Assembly: GCA_038087875.1 (NCBI GenBank) | Contig: CM075977.1 | Span: forward strand, 121,892,001-121,956,000 | From: Malacoraja senta | Lineage: Eukaryota | Reading direction: 5' to 3' | DNA: 64,000 nucleotides | Part shown: piece by piece, positions 1-13,404 of the stretch | Position numbering within the stretch: position 1 is the stretch's first letter | How the letters are laid out: each line of letters begins with the position of its first letter | The notes under the pieces: model-generated | The model's input: the letters and a program-made list of their open reading frames with translations, nothing else | Databases searched by the model: none | Told to the model about the DNA's origin: nothing | Made by a program: the position numbers and the translations under genes

Positions 1-1094
1 ATACTGTTTAGCTGACATTCTTTGGGCGATTTAAGAATGCTCTGGGATTGTTATAACATATCCTAAAATCATAATTAGAGTTGATAAGCTGAGCTTTGTA
101 CAGTCAAAGGCCTTTGTACAGGAATGGTCTTTGTACAGTCAAACACCATTTCTTCTCATGCTTTCTTATTGGAGAAGATTAAAGTAATTATGTAAGACAT
201 TATAGGCATACAGCCTTACTTTACATGCCATGACTATCTCATGTGCAAACTGAATGACCAATGAAGGCACATTACCATCAATAGTATATAAAGTAGACTG
301 GATAATGAATTTGGCAGCTAATATCTAGCAGATTCAGCACAGAACGTACTACATTCTTTACTGTAATTGAGTTATGAATGATGAGCCATTGTATAGTCGT
401 GAAAAATTCATGCCACTGTTAGTAAGCCATTGCTCAAACAAATGTTTAGCTTCTTGGCAGATATTCTTATTATAAAGCAGCCATGTGCTACTCTCTATTT
501 GAAATGCAGATAGCACCACAGGCCTTTTAAAGGTACTTAATTTTATTTAGGCAAGGGAAAGGTTCAAAGTTTCTGCGATTGTTTTGTATCCTAAGAGATT
601 GGTCTGAACCTCATGATCATACAAATTGTGTTCATAATGAAGAAAACGATGAAACAAATGAAATGTTCTTGTTTTCTGTTTTTTCTTCTTCCTAAAAGCA
701 CATTTCACTCCCTTTATACATATTCATTTGTGTTGTCTGTTGCTGCAAAAATTCTCCTTAAAGACCACATATTTGATCAGTCTTTTTCACCCTTCATGTT
801 TCTTAGGTTCTATTCTAAATATGCAACTGCGAAGCATTTTGAATTGAAATCCAAAGAAAATCAAATTTGCGGAAAAAAAATGAATCACATTGCGAACTAA
901 AGATGGTTTTGAAATTGAATAGCAATGTTAAATACACATTAATTGGACAGTGAGCGATGCACTGAAAACATTTTGCTCCAGAGACTTTTACTGCAAAATA
1001 GCTTAACATACAAGGCCCAAGGTGTCGTGTGATGCTAAACGGCCTGTACAGCCTGTAAACAAAAGTCATTTCTTTACATCTTTTCTCACTGGAG

Positions 1095-1265
1095 AAGACT
1101 GTGACCTGCGGAGTTTCCAGCCACAGCGGCGCTGACTTTAAACACCGCGGTGCCTGGGATCTTTCGCCGAGATCGCCAGTGTTGGAGCTCCGACCAGCGC
1201 GGCCTGTGGACTTCGGGAGGCGTGGTCTCCAGTAGCAAGCGGCCGTTTGTGGAACTCCAATCCGG
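1095..1265 (+). repeat. GC-rich fragment of the same non-autonomous repeat family as 11362-12257
   Basis: Aligns by eye with 11803-11945 (ggagtttccagccacagcggcg...aaacaccgcggtgcctgggatct...ccagcgcggcctgtggacttcgggag). Confidence 0.7.
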
Positions 1266-1871
1266 GGGCAGGGTGCGGGGAAGAGAGGAAGGGTCACAAC
1301 TTGATAAGACAGTGGCTAAGGATTGTTGAGGGGGTTTGTGGTTGGAGATTTGTAGTGTTTGGGTCAATGGTGGCAAGAAGGCGATTATGCTGGAGGTTAG
1401 CTGCTGAGGATTGCAGTGGGTGGGTGGGGGTCCATCTGTCAGATCTGCAGTTCATCTGGTGAGTTATACTTTTGTTGGTGTGTGTCCTAAGACCTTATCA
1501 TAGCTAATTACATTCTTATAGGAGAACTGTCTAAGGCAGGTTACCAGCATCATGGTTTGGGATTTGTTCAAATCAGTCCCCTTAAGCAAGCACTAAAGCA
1601 TATCACACTAGTGCACCGATGGCTCCTGTGCTTACATGAGATCCCATCAGATGCAAAAAGATGGTTGATTGTGGACCTCGTGAATGCACGGTATGTCACC
1701 AATTTCCTTTATGAATGATATTTTATTGCAATTAAATTCTATAGTACACAAAAACATGATGTTACATAATCCCATGTTTAGGCAGCGGTATTTGAGATTA
1801 GCCTCTTTTTAAAACTCCTTAAATCAGTTAAAAATAACAGAATACCATCAGCTATTGTACAGTCTGGATAG

Positions 1872-2252
1872 TAGACACAAAAACTGCAGATGTATGTTTA
1901 CAATAAAAAACAAAGTGCTGGAGTAACTCATCGGGTCAGGCAGCATCTTTGGAAGTATGGATAGATTGCTTTTTGAGTTGGGAGCCTTCTTCAGTCTGGA
2001 TAGACCAGTTTATAATCAGAGACTGTAAATAAATGCAGGAATAAAGGCATAGACTATTTTCTGTATGGGGAGAGAATTCTGAAATGTGGATAGGTACTTG
2101 GGAACTACACAGAATCACACATTTGCAGTCCTTCCTCCGAAACAGGGGAGTTGTCTGAAGAACTCAGTCAGAATAAGGATTCCAACCCGACTCTTCACCT
2201 ATTCCTTTAACCAGAGATGCTGCCAGACCTGCTGAGGTTTTGTGTCTATCTT
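1872..2252. mobile_element. Degenerate Penelope-like terminal-repeat pair in inverted orientation
   Basis: ctgcagatg...aaagtgctggagtaactca...ccttcttcagtct arm, followed by an opposite arm (gtctgaaga...cacctattcc...gatgctgcc...ctgctgag...ttgtgtct). Confidence 0.65.
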
Positions 2253-2334
2253 CGGTTGTCGATCCTGCCAGGCAGGAACCAAGTGGTAAACACTTAATTT
2301 TTGACCCAGAATCTGAACTGTAGCAGTTACTTTA

Positions 2335-2530
2335 GACACATAGGAAAATAGGTGCAGGAATAGGCTCTTCGAGCCAACACCGCCATTCAATATGATCATG
2401 GCTGATCATCCAGAATCAGTACCCTGTTCTAACTCTCTTGAATATATCTAGTGAATTGGCCTCCACTGTCTTCTGTGGCAGAGAATTCCACAGTTCACAA
2501 CTCTCTGGCTGAAAACATTTTCCCTCATTT
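2335..2530 (-). mobile_element. CR1 LINE 3' fragment
   Basis: Matches the CR1 3' ends at 7960-8200 and 33217-33470. Confidence 0.7.
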
Positions 2531-4789
2531 AAGACTTATTATGTGTACAGTATTTATCCAATGAGAATGTGTTACTTATTAAATAGAATAGTAGGAATCC
2601 CATTTTTTTCCGGCTGTGTACTGGGTGTTTTCATAACTGCTTTATTTGCAAGTTTTTGTTTTAAATGGACTAATAACTGTGCTAAAAGCGTGCACAAAGG
2701 AATTTTGAGAAATCTTGCATTGATATAGTACGGTAATTTACAGCCCATCCCAAAGGTTTCAACACAACAACAAGGAACTTTTGAAGTGGAGTGTGTGGTA
2801 ATTTAGAAACATAGCAGGCAATTTAAACAGAGTAATCTCACACACAATGCAATGCTATTATGTCCAGAATATTTGATTTAGGGATAAATATCAGCAAGAA
2901 TACAAGATTTTGCCAGCTTTTCTTTGAGGTAGCTTATCTTTTACATCCATCTGAAAGAGAAGGTAGTTCTTTGGTTTAATATTTCATCTGAATGATGGCA
3001 TCACTTACTGTTTGCATTCCTTTTATACTGCAATGAAGTATCTGTCTAGGTTTTTATGCTTGGATTTTTGAGCGTGAAAGCTATGTAAAAGCAGTCTCCT
3101 ACAGTATGTCAGATCAATTTAACTCGGAAGAGCAGACTGGTAAATCCACTTATTACCCACAAGATAAATTCTGTGGAAAGGAGAATAAACCGACCATCAG
3201 ATGAGCAGCAAAGGGCATTTATTAAGTTTATGGTAATTTGGTTAAAACTGAATTCCCCTTGAGAGATCCCCATGTTATTTTTTGTTCTTTTACAATATTT
3301 TATTTCAATTCTAGAAAATGCTTGCAGTTGAGTTTTTAAATCAATGTGAAAATGTAATTCTGGAAAAAGTTTTAAATAAATTATGCTATCAATTTCACAG
3401 AATAACTTTGACACTCTTGATGTATCAGAGATATCTGAAATCTAGATTAAAAATATGTCTGAAAATTCAATTATTTCAGGTTTAATGCACTCTTCATGGT
3501 TCACCAGCACAAAGTTAATCTAATGCCGTCTGAATGCAATGTTAGATGACTATCCTGGTGTAAATGTTCAGGTGTATTTTCCTGCCTGCAGCTGCCTGGT
3601 ATGTATGGCTAGCCAAGTCTTGACAAATAGGCACTGAATTAGGTTTCAATAGTTCCCAGTGCTAGAATACAGTACCAAAATACATCAGAGGTTAAACATT
3701 TAAAGGACATTCTTCTATTGGAGAAAATAAAGAAAAATAATAAAGTTAAAGATGCTGGAATCGGAAACAAAACTCTCCCAACAGACTGAGCACCAGCATA
3801 ACTGTTAAGGCCATTAAGTTGCTTCAGAAAATGTAGAGAGAAGGGCTCAGAAAAGGAGTGAACCTTCACTATTGCTTCAGGCCCTTAACCCCCATATGCC
3901 AATGGAAGAGGTGGAGAGCAGGAGGCTTTTGCAGTGAGATGGAAGAAGGGCTCCCAGGGCCACAATGAAGAGAATCTGGCAGTTATCCTCCTGAAGTGAT
4001 TCACCCTGCATTTCAGTGCAATGCTGCAAAAAGTTCCAATGACCAGATCTGTGAATATGATGGCTCTAAACTTTGGAAGTATTTGGAGGGAAGCCTTCAA
4101 CTCCAGCACTGAGATCACTCAGATGGCAACACACGCTTACATGCATGCATGCATTAGCACACACTCACACATATACATGTATAGGCACACATTTTGACAC
4201 AGATGCACATGCACATATACACACAATAATTTAAAGGTCAACATGAAGGTAGGATCTGCATGTGGTAAACCTTAGGGTCAAATGGGCTGCAGTCAGTGGA
4301 AGGGGAAAGGATATTACATTTGCCAACACCAAGCAGGGTGAGGTCATATACGACTTACATCACAGAGAAACTAGAAGAGGACATTGATGGGCCAGCCAGC
4401 TGTGGGAAGCTACAGGACTGCGCAATAAAATACTGGGTGCAATTGCAGGTCAGTTTGACAACCATTGTGCTATGTCAAGGTGTGTGTTGTCTGTTACCAC
4501 ACTGCTTGGAGCTCATGCTTTCCAGTTTGGAAAATTTAGAAGCAATTTGTTGACCCAACCATGCTGCAGCATCTAGTAGTGGTCTTCTCCACTCCCATGA
4601 GTTTTCACATAACATCTAAATGCCACAGTGGAAACGAAGACCTCAGTCATGCCAGATTAAACGGCTACCATCAAGACTTTGAATGTCAATGTTGAAAAGG
4701 TCTTGGAGCTTTTCATCAATCCATCCCCAAAGGATAACTTGGATCACTGAGGTGAGGAATACTGTTTCTTTAGAGCATTAATTTATTAT

Positions 4790-5340
4790 CTCTTTCATGG
4801 TGGATACAGGATGGGTGAGAATCCAGGTGGAATACAGAGAAGGGAGAGGGAGAAAGGGCAAGGGGAGGGGAGAGGAGAAGGAGGGAAAGGGGAGGTTTGG
4901 AGAATTGGGGAATTCAATGTTCACACCGTTAGGTTGTGAGCTACCCCGAGCAGAATATAAGATGCTGGAACATCTTGTTCTCCCCCTAGACCTCCCCCAT
5001 CTCTTTACACCTATATTTCATCCCATGACTTAATGTGCACCTCTTCTATCCTTATCTCATTCCTTTTATCTTTACATCTCTGTCCTTTACATTTCTGTTC
5101 TTTGTCAAATCATCTGGGTATCAAAACCCTGGTATCCACCTATCACTTGCCAGACTTGATCCTGCCCCTCCTCTCTTCCATCTTTCTCTCCCCCCCCCAC
5201 CATAATCAGTCTGAAGAAAGGTCCAGACCCAAAATATCACCTATCCATGTTCTTCAGAGATCCTGTCTGACCCACTGCTTCCCTCAAAGACTTTGTGTCT
5301 TTTTTTGTAAACCAGCATCTGCAGTTCCTTGTTTCTCCAT
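4790..5340. mobile_element. Penelope-like 3' fragment with inverted upstream copy and degenerate hammerhead
   Basis: Minus-strand PLE ORF end (ggagaattggggaattcaatgttcacacc), then plus-strand pLTR with gtctgaagaaaggtccagaccc at about 5209. Confidence 0.65.
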
Positions 5341-5396
5341 CAGCAAATGATACACTGTTTTAAAGTTGCTAAAAGGAACTCTAGAAAGGCACTCTA

Positions 5397-5722
5397 GGGT
5401 GGCACAGTGACACATCTGGTAGAGCTGCTGCCTCACAGCGCCAGTGACCCAGGTTCAATCCTGGCCTTTGGTGCTACCTCTTTGAAGTTGCACGTTCTCC
5501 ATGTGACCGTATAGGTTTCCTTCAGGTGATCCGGTTTCCTCCCACATCCCCAAGATGTGTGGCTTTGTGGATTAATTGGCCTCTATAAAATTGCCCTAAG
5601 GTGTAGGGAGTGGATAAGAAAGTGGGGTTACATTGAACTAGTTTGAATGGATGATTGATGTTCAGCATGGAATTGATGCGCCGAAAGGCCCGTTTCCATG
5701 CTGCATCTCTAAACTAAGCTAA
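5397..5722 (+). mobile_element. HE1-like tRNA-derived V-SINE
   Basis: A/B box head (ggtagagctg...ggttcaatcc), central ccggtttcctcccacatccc block, CR1-derived tail ending ctaaactaagct. Confidence 0.8.
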
Positions 5723-5961
5723 AAAATGAAATAAGGCTCGTGAACGCAACACAATTTTCAGTGGGAAGTAACTGAGTAATGCATGATCGCTTTAAGTAAT
5801 GCTGGTGAGACGTCTTTCCTGCTGTTGCTTAATGAAGTGTGTGAGCTTAAGACAGCATATTAACTGCAGCATTGGCTTTACATCAGCACCATTGATGCTA
5901 TACATTTCCACTGGTCAGAGACTGTGCAATTGTTAATGCCCTCACCCACATGGTGCCCAGT

Positions 5962-6315
5962 AGAATAGTGAAAGGCTTGGATAGAGTGGATGTGGAGAGG
6001 ATGTTTCCACTAATGGGAGACTCTAGGACCAGTCATGGCCTCAGAATTAAAGGCCGTTCTTTTAGGAAGGAGATTAAGAGGAATTTCTTTAGTCAGAGAG
6101 TTGTGAATCTGTGAAATTATTTGCCATAGAAGGCTATGGAGGCTGTCAGTGGATATTTTTACAGCAGAGATAGATAGATTTTTGATTAGTATAGATGTCA
6201 GAGGTTATGGGGAGAAGGCAGGAGAATGGGGTTAGGAGGGAGAGATAGATCAGATGGCGGAGTAGACCTGATGGGCCAAATGGCCTAATTCTACTCCTTT
6301 CACATATCCTTATGA
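5962..6315 (+). mobile_element. CR1 LINE 3' fragment
   Basis: RT C-terminal remnant plus 3' tail gggccaaatggcctaattctactcct. Confidence 0.75.
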
Positions 6316-7639
6316 CCAGCTCAGACCATACCACAAATACACTGGGCATCATATAAGAACTAATTTTGCATCTAGGAAAGGAACTGAGTTTGTTTTGCTT
6401 CCCTTTTCACCCTATTAATTTCATTTAATATCCTAAAACATACTGAAAAATCATAATCATATTCCAGAAAATACAAGCCATTTATTTTAATTTTTTAAAG
6501 AATGTTCGGAAGTAAGAAGGCATTCAGTTAAAACCATTTGGCCAATAACCATGAATAAATGTTACTGCCGTGTTTGGAGCCGCAAGTTTATATACAATTT
6601 TACTAATGCCTATTTAAAAGAACATTCATTCTATTTTGCAAACATTAAAAAATGCCATGTAAATTGATGTTTTGGGCAAATAATATTGCAGAGGATTTTC
6701 TGCATGAGAAATTCCTGTTACATTAATGATTATAGCTATTCTTCAGTCGCATTAGCATTGAATTCCATAGAGTTGTAAATACATCATTAGCATTCATGGA
6801 TCCAATGTTTAAGTCTGCTGACTATTTAGATATTAGCATTATTAGTATCAGGTCACAGTCTGTAATGTAAAGACAATCACTAACACTATAGATTAAATAG
6901 AAAAAGGATTGAAATGTTATATTCAGTTTATTGCAGGTTATCATCACTTGCCTTTGTTAAAAGCCAAACAGTGGTAATGAACTTTAATTACCTTTACTAA
7001 CCCTGTCTTTATATTTGCCTCATTAGGTGCTGTGTTTGTACACACTTGTTAAAGCATTTGATATATTTTCTTGTACATGATATTAAAGATAAACCATTTT
7101 AATCATATTTGTTATCTAAGCATGCTGAGAGTTCAATGAATTAAACTTCCAATCTACAGTAAATACAGAATTGATCAGGATTCAGAATGACATAAAATAA
7201 ATAAAGAAAATAAACTGGGAAGGCTGACAGTACTTAAAGTAGACTAGGCTTGGTTTAGATGGGATGTGCCCTAGATTATTGAAGGAAACAAGAGTAGATA
7301 TTATGGAGGTTTTGGATTCAACTCTCCTTGAGCACAATAGTGGAACAGGTCAGTCTGTTTTGCAAACATGCAAGGGAAACAAAACAGGAACTATGATATA
7401 AACTGTAGAATTTTAATAGGGGTGTAACAGGAAAGAAATGTAAGTGCACTTGGGCACAAATCTTTGACAGCAGCAGAATAAATGAACAGGCTTGTTAATG
7501 AATCAATTTGTAAATCCTAGAACTCCATACCTTGCAGCACTCTGAGAGTATTTTCACCATAAGGAAAGTATGGTTCAAGAAGGCCAGCCAGAAGCACCTC
7601 GGGGCAGACAATAAATACTTGCCCTTGATGCCCAAATTA

Positions 7640-7955
7640 CAGAGATGCTTGGGTTAACGTATGATGAGTGTTTGATGGCACTGGGCATGTAGTCGCTGGA
7701 GTTTAGAAAGATGAAGGGCAGCCTCATTGTAATTTGCCGAATAATGCAAGGCATAGTGTGAATGTGGAGAGGATGTTTCCACTAGTGGGAGAGCCTAGGG
7801 CCAGAGGGCACAGCCACAGAATAAAAGGATGAACCTTGAGAAAGAAAATGATGTGGAATTTATTTCGACAGAGGGTGGTGAATGTGTGGAATTCTTTGCT
7901 GTGTGAAGACCGTCTTTGCATATTTCTAAAACTGAGATGGGCTGGTTATTGATTG
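7640..7955 (+). mobile_element. CR1 LINE 3' fragment
   Basis: Degenerate RT C-terminal coding remnant, tail-to-tail with the minus-strand CR1. Confidence 0.65.
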
Positions 7956-8071
7956 ACGATAGACAATATGTGCAGGAGTAGGCCATTCGGCCCTTCGAGC
8001 CAGCACTGCTATTCAATGTGATCATGGCTGATCATCCCCAATCAGTACCCCGTTGCTGCCTTCTCCCCATA

Positions 8072-9622
8072 TCACCTGACTCCGCTATCTTTAAGAGCCC
8101 TATCTAGCTCTCTCTTGAAAGTATCCAGAGAACCGGCCTCCACCACCCTCTGAGGCAGAGAATTCCACAGACTCACAACTCTCTGTGTGAAAAAGTATTT
8201 CCTCGTCTCCGTTCTAAATGGCTTACCCCTTATTCTTAAGCTGTGGCCCCTGGTTCTGGACTCCCCCAAAATCGGGAACATGTTACCTGCCTCTAGCGTG
8301 TCCAAACCATTAATAATCTTATATGTTTCAATAAGATCCCCTCTCATCCTAAATTCGAGAGTATACAAGCCCAGCCACTCCATTCTCTCAGCGTATGACA
8401 GTCCCGCCATCCCGGGAATTAACCCTGTAAACCTACGTTGTACTCCCTCAATAGCAAGAATGTCCTTCCTCAAATTAGGGGACCAAAGCTGCACACAATA
8501 CTCCAGGTGTGGTCTCACTAGGGACCTGTACAACTGCACAAGGACCTCTTTGCTCCTACACTCAACTCCTCTTGTTATGAAGGCCAACATGCCATTCGCT
8601 TTCTTCACTGCCTGCTGTACCTGCATGCTTACTTTCATTGACTGATGAACAAGGACCCCCAGATCCCGTTGTACTTCCCCTTTTACCAACTTGACACCAT
8701 TTAAATAATAATTTGCCTTCCTGTTTTTGCTACCAAAGTGGATAACCTCACATTGATCCACATTAAACTGCATCTGCCATGCATCTGCCCACTCACTCAA
8801 CCTGTCCAAGTCACCCTGCATTCTCATTGCATCCTCCTCACAGTTCACACTGCCACCCAGCTTTGTGTCATCTGCAAATTTGCTAATGTTACTTTGAATC
8901 CCTTCATCTAAATCATTGATGTATATTGTAAATAGCTGCGGTCCCAGCACCGAACCTTGCGGTACCCCACTAGTCACTGCCTGCCATTCTGAAAGGGACC
9001 TGTTAATCCCTACTCTTTGTTTCCTGTCTGCCAACCAATTTTCTATCCATGTCAGCACTCTACCCACAATATCATGTGCCCTAATTTTGCCCACTAATCT
9101 CCTATGTGGGACCTTATCAAATGCTTTCTGAAAGTCTAGGTACACTACATCCACTGGGTCACCCTTGTCCATTTTCCTAGTTATATCCTCAAAAAATTTC
9201 AGAAGATTAGTCAAGCATGATTTCCCCTTCGTAAATTCATGCTGACTTGGACCGGTCCTGTTACTGCTATCCAAATGTTTGGCTATTTCATCTTTGATGA
9301 TTGACTCCAGCATCTTCCCCACCACCGATGTCAGGCTAACTGGTCTATAATTCCCTATTTTCTCTCCCCCACCCATCTTAAAAAGTGGGATAACATTAGC
9401 TCCCCTCCAATCCACAGGAACTGATCCTGAATCTATAGAGCATTGGAAAATGATCACCAATGCATCCACGATTTCTACAGCCACTTCCTCAAGTACCCTG
9501 GGATGCAGACCATCAGGCCCTGGGGATTTATCAGCCTTCAGTCCCATTAGTCTACCGAACACCATTTCCTGCCTAATGTGGATTTCCTTCAATTTTTCTC
9601 TCACCCCAGATCCTCTGGCCAC
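8072..9622 (-). pseudogene. CR1 ORF2 reverse transcriptase region (516 open codons)
   Basis: KSPGPDG, NYRPVSLTS, YLDFQKAFDKVPH, SGVPQGSVLGP, KFADDTK and RPHLEYC motifs. Confidence 0.95.
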
Positions 9623-9799
9623 TAGTACATCAGGAGGATTGTTTGAGTCCTACTTAGTGAAGACTGATCCAAAGTACCTGCTCAACTCATCTGTCATTTA
9701 CTTGTTCCCCATAATAAATTCACCTTTTTAAGTCTTCAAGTGTCCAACTTTGGTCAACTAATTTTTCCTCTTCACATTCCTAAAGAAGCTTTTACTATC

Positions 9800-10840
9800 T
9801 AGCAATGTTACAAAATTTTGAGATTTAAAAAATAAAGTCTGCAATTTATCCCATCAGATAAAGCATAAAAAGAAGTTTAATTTGACACTTAATTCACTTT
9901 CATATCTTCAGTATTAAAAAAGTTATGGCCATTATCATACTCAGAAATTAGCATCTAGTTCCCTATTGCTTTTCCATTGACTTAACACAAAAGCTGTGAT
10001 CGAGGACAGTTAAAAGCCCATAACTTTCTTAAAAATTGTGATAACTGAAAGAAATTTTCAGGTATTATAGATTGAAGCATTCTGAAACAAATATGAAACA
10101 ATCTTACTTTGAAGACATGAAAGTAAAGCATATAATTAGTTAGTTACCTAATTGTAGCTAATTACAAAATTCAATTACTAGATCTAAACATCTATCAATT
10201 TCTTAAGAATAGATTAACATTTTTAAATAGCCTAAGTGTCCAAATAACATACACACAATAATTCACAATATAACATAATTTTAAAATCTAATTTTCATGA
10301 ATTTACAGGCCAAATGGAAGGAATTGAATGTTTAATACCTGTAAATTAATGGGGATTTAATTCATCTTGCGAGTGAGGATTACTGGAACGCGATCTTTTG
10401 GAACGTTGATTTGCGGTGAATTTAACCCCGTATTGGCATGAAAAATACTGCCGTTAATTCGGGGAATAAAATCACCGTGTCGCATGACAAAATGTGAATT
10501 AAAGGCTTCTTAAGAAGCACTTTTATACATTTAAAGAAAGCACTTTCGTTTACCTGTCCCGTGTGTGAAATCCGTCCCCGTTATCGGCGTTGACGCTTCA
10601 GGAGCTGCTTTTAAAATTACTGTAGCGCTGACATTGACGATTTAATAAAAATAAAAAATTCACAAAACGCCGGTAGGAACGATTTTGTCAGCCAAGGCTT
10701 GTACTCCAACAAAATATTCCCAGGACAAGGGAGTAGAAACCCGCGTTTTAACCCCGCCCCCCCTTAAAGGCGCCAAAATCGCGCACACGGCCAGTGGCAG
10801 AATTACAGCGTGACTGAAGGTAAGTTTTGTAACATACCTA
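9800..10840. mobile_element. Non-autonomous DNA transposon, superfamily uncertain
   Basis: Imperfect TIRs tagcaatgttacaaaat / agttttgtaacataccta; flanks tactatc / tactata (about 7-bp TSD); cleanly splits the CR1. Confidence 0.75.
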
Positions 10841-10984
10841 TACTATACTCCTTTATATTCTTGGTACCTCATCTTTTCTCCCTGTATTGCCTTTTTAGTT
10901 ATCTTCTGTTGCTCTTTAAACATTACCCAATCCTCTTGATTCCCGCTCATCTTTTCTATGTTGTACTTCGTCTCTTTTATTTTT

Positions 10985-11205
10985 ATACTCCTCCCATTTC
11001 CTCCAAATCCAAGGCGTAGCTATGGGCACGTGCATGGGACCCAGCTTTGTAGGGTACGTCGAACAATCCTTGTTCGAGGCATACCATGACTCTATCCCCG
11101 AACTCTACCTCTGCTACATTGACGACTGCATTGGTGCTACCTCCTGCAGCCTTGCAGAACTCACTTACCATCCATTTCACCACTAACTTCCATCCAGCAC
11201 TCAAA
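10985..11205 (+). mobile_element. Penelope-like RT fragment
   Basis: Closely similar to 15257-15487 (QIQGVAMGT...YIDDCIG). Confidence 0.85.
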
Positions 11206-11361
11206 GTCAGCCATGGTCGCCCCTTACTCCCCTTGGAATATTTCTTCCTCTTTGGAATGAACTTTGGAATAATACCTTCTGTATTATTCGCAGAAATACC
11301 TGCCATTGTTTTTCCACTGTCATCCCTATCTTTCCTGTCAACTTTGGGCAGCTCCTCTCCA

Positions 11362-12257
11362 CCTGGGGCGCCGTCAAGTATGGCTGCTCTGCCAGCAGCT
11401 GTTAGTTTTTTCACCCTTTTTTTATTTTTAGTTAGTTAAAAGTGTTTGTTTTTGGAGGTCTTTAGTCTTTTTATGTGGGGGATTTGGGGGGGGGGAAGGG
11501 GGGAAACTATTTTTGCAGTCCCCACCTGGTCGGAGATGCGGCTTTTCTCCGAGCCGTATCTTCGCCCCTTCCTCGCTGCCTACAGGCAGACTGGAGCGGC
11601 GTTTTCCTGCCGGGACCGGCCAGGACTTCAGCTTTGGCGGCGGCACAGCGCTGAAGTTCCATCGCGGAGCAGGCGATGCCTAACCCGGGTCGCCGTGCAG
11701 TAAGCTCCGGAGTGCTGTGACAGCCGGCACCAACATCGCGGAGCTGCGGTCTGTGGTCTGCGGTCAGCGGTCTGCGGTCAGCGGTCAGCGGTCTGCGGTC
11801 AGTGGAGCTTCCAGCCGCGGGCGGCGCAGAGCTTCAAACACCGTGGAGCCTGGGATCTCACGACGAGGTCGCCAGAGTCGGAGCATCAACCAGCGCGGCT
11901 CGTGGACTTCGGGAGCCGTGGTCTACTGGGAGGAGGCGGCCGCTCCAGACACTCCGGGCCGCTGAGAGTGTTCACCCGACGCCAGAGCTCCATCATCCGG
12001 CGAGAGGGCCTGAAGCACCGGGCTGCCGTAGCGGCGACTGCAGAGGCCTCAATAGGCCCCGACTATGGGTGAACTGGGGATGGGACTGGACTTTGCTGCC
12101 TTCCCCCACAGTGGGAACCATTGTGGGGGGGTGTTTTTATGTTGTTGTTAAATTCTTGGATGTTATCTTTATTTGTGTGCTGCATGGCAAGTCAAATTTC
12201 ACTGCACCAATTGGTGTATGTGACAATAAATGTTTATCTATCTATCTATCTATCTAT
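11362..12257 (+). mobile_element. Non-autonomous retroposon with Rex/Babar-type 3' tail
   Basis: CpG-rich body with no coherent ORF; ends tttcactgcacc...gtgacaataaa plus (TATC)n, similar to the tail of the Rex LINE at 40410-40460. Confidence 0.65.
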
Positions 12258-12593
12258 GGCTCCATAATCTCTTTTGTTCAACTGTAACACTGACACCTCC
12301 GATCTACCCTTCTCCCTCTCAAATTGTAGATTAAAACTTACCATATTATGGTCACTACCTCCTAATGGCTCCTTAACCTCCAGTTCCTTTATCAAATCCA
12401 GTTTGTTACACAACACTAAATCCAGAATTGCCTTCTCCCTGGTAGGCTCCAGTACAAGCTGCTCTAAGAATCCATCACGGAGGCACTCCACAAACTCCCT
12501 TTCTTGGGGTTCAGTACCAACCTGATTTTTCCAGTCTACCTGTATGTTGAAATCTCCCATAACAACCGTAGCATTACCTTTACGACATGCCAA
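12258..12593 (-). pseudogene. CR1 ORF2 apurinic-like endonuclease fragment
   Basis: VVMGDFN, PTREKAILDLVL and GGSDHN motifs. Confidence 0.9.
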
Positions 12594-13404
12594 TTTTAAC
12601 TTGATTCAACTTGCACCCTATATCCAGGCTACTGTTTAGGGGCCTGTAGTTAAGTCTCATTAGGGTCTTTTTACCCTTACAATTCCTTAGTTGTGTGAAA
12701 AAGTTACCCCTCAGATTCCTATTAAAAAAATCGGCAATTGTAAATCACCCCTAGTGGGGGATTAATAAGCGTATGAGAGAGAACAGATTACTCGGGGGGA
12801 AAAAAGTATGGGAATGTCTCTGACATTCTGCTTGGACTTGATGTTCTCCTTCCATGCCATAAAAACGATGAAAAATATTGTTGCAGTATGTGAAATGAGC
12901 GATAGTTAACTGAAAAACCCCAGAAACGCTCCTTTTGGGCAAAGATTAACGTAGGAGTGTTGCCCACTTGTAATAGGCACTACACTTAGTTGCAGGACAT
13001 ATGAGACCAAGTGAAAATTCTGCTTCTTGCATACTGAAGGTTACAGAAGGATTGAGATCTGCTCCAGTGTCAAATCAAAGGCCTGATAGTTTGGCTGTTA
13101 CCAGGAAGTCCATCTCCTTCTAGGTTTGTGTCCTCTTTAAAATTCCTTTGTTAGATTCACTCTAACCACTTGACTTCTCCCCATATTACCTACATCTTGC
13201 ACACACAGCCAACCTCATCTCCAACCCTTGGCCAAGTGCCTGCCCCAGTGATGTTACTGACCATCCAGCCATGTTTAAGAAAGAATTGCAGATGCTGGTA
13301 AAATCAAAGGTAGACAAAAATGCTGGAGAAACTCAGCGGGTGAGGCAGCATCTATGGAGAGAAGGAATAGGCAGCGTTTCGGGTTGAGACCCTTCTTCAG
13401 ACTG

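Larger units (their letters stand above)
7960..12690 (-). mobile_element. CR1 LINE (ORF2 and 3' UTR), interrupted by three insertions
   Basis: Endonuclease and RT domains are collinear on the minus strand, broken at 9800-10840, 10985-11205 and 11362-12257. Confidence 0.9.

Noticed and set aside
815-1462. GC-rich patch with ORFs, resembling a promoter or first exon
   Set aside because: Its core aligns with the repeat at 11803-11945, and the ORFs have no recognisable protein signal.
5397-5470. tRNA gene (also near 53840)
   Set aside because: The A/B boxes belong to SINE heads followed by SINE body and tail; there is no complete cloverleaf.
8187-9731. Plus-strand ORFs overlapping CR1, and similar antisense ORFs over PLE and DIRS
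   Set aside because: Antisense shadows of the RT reading frames.
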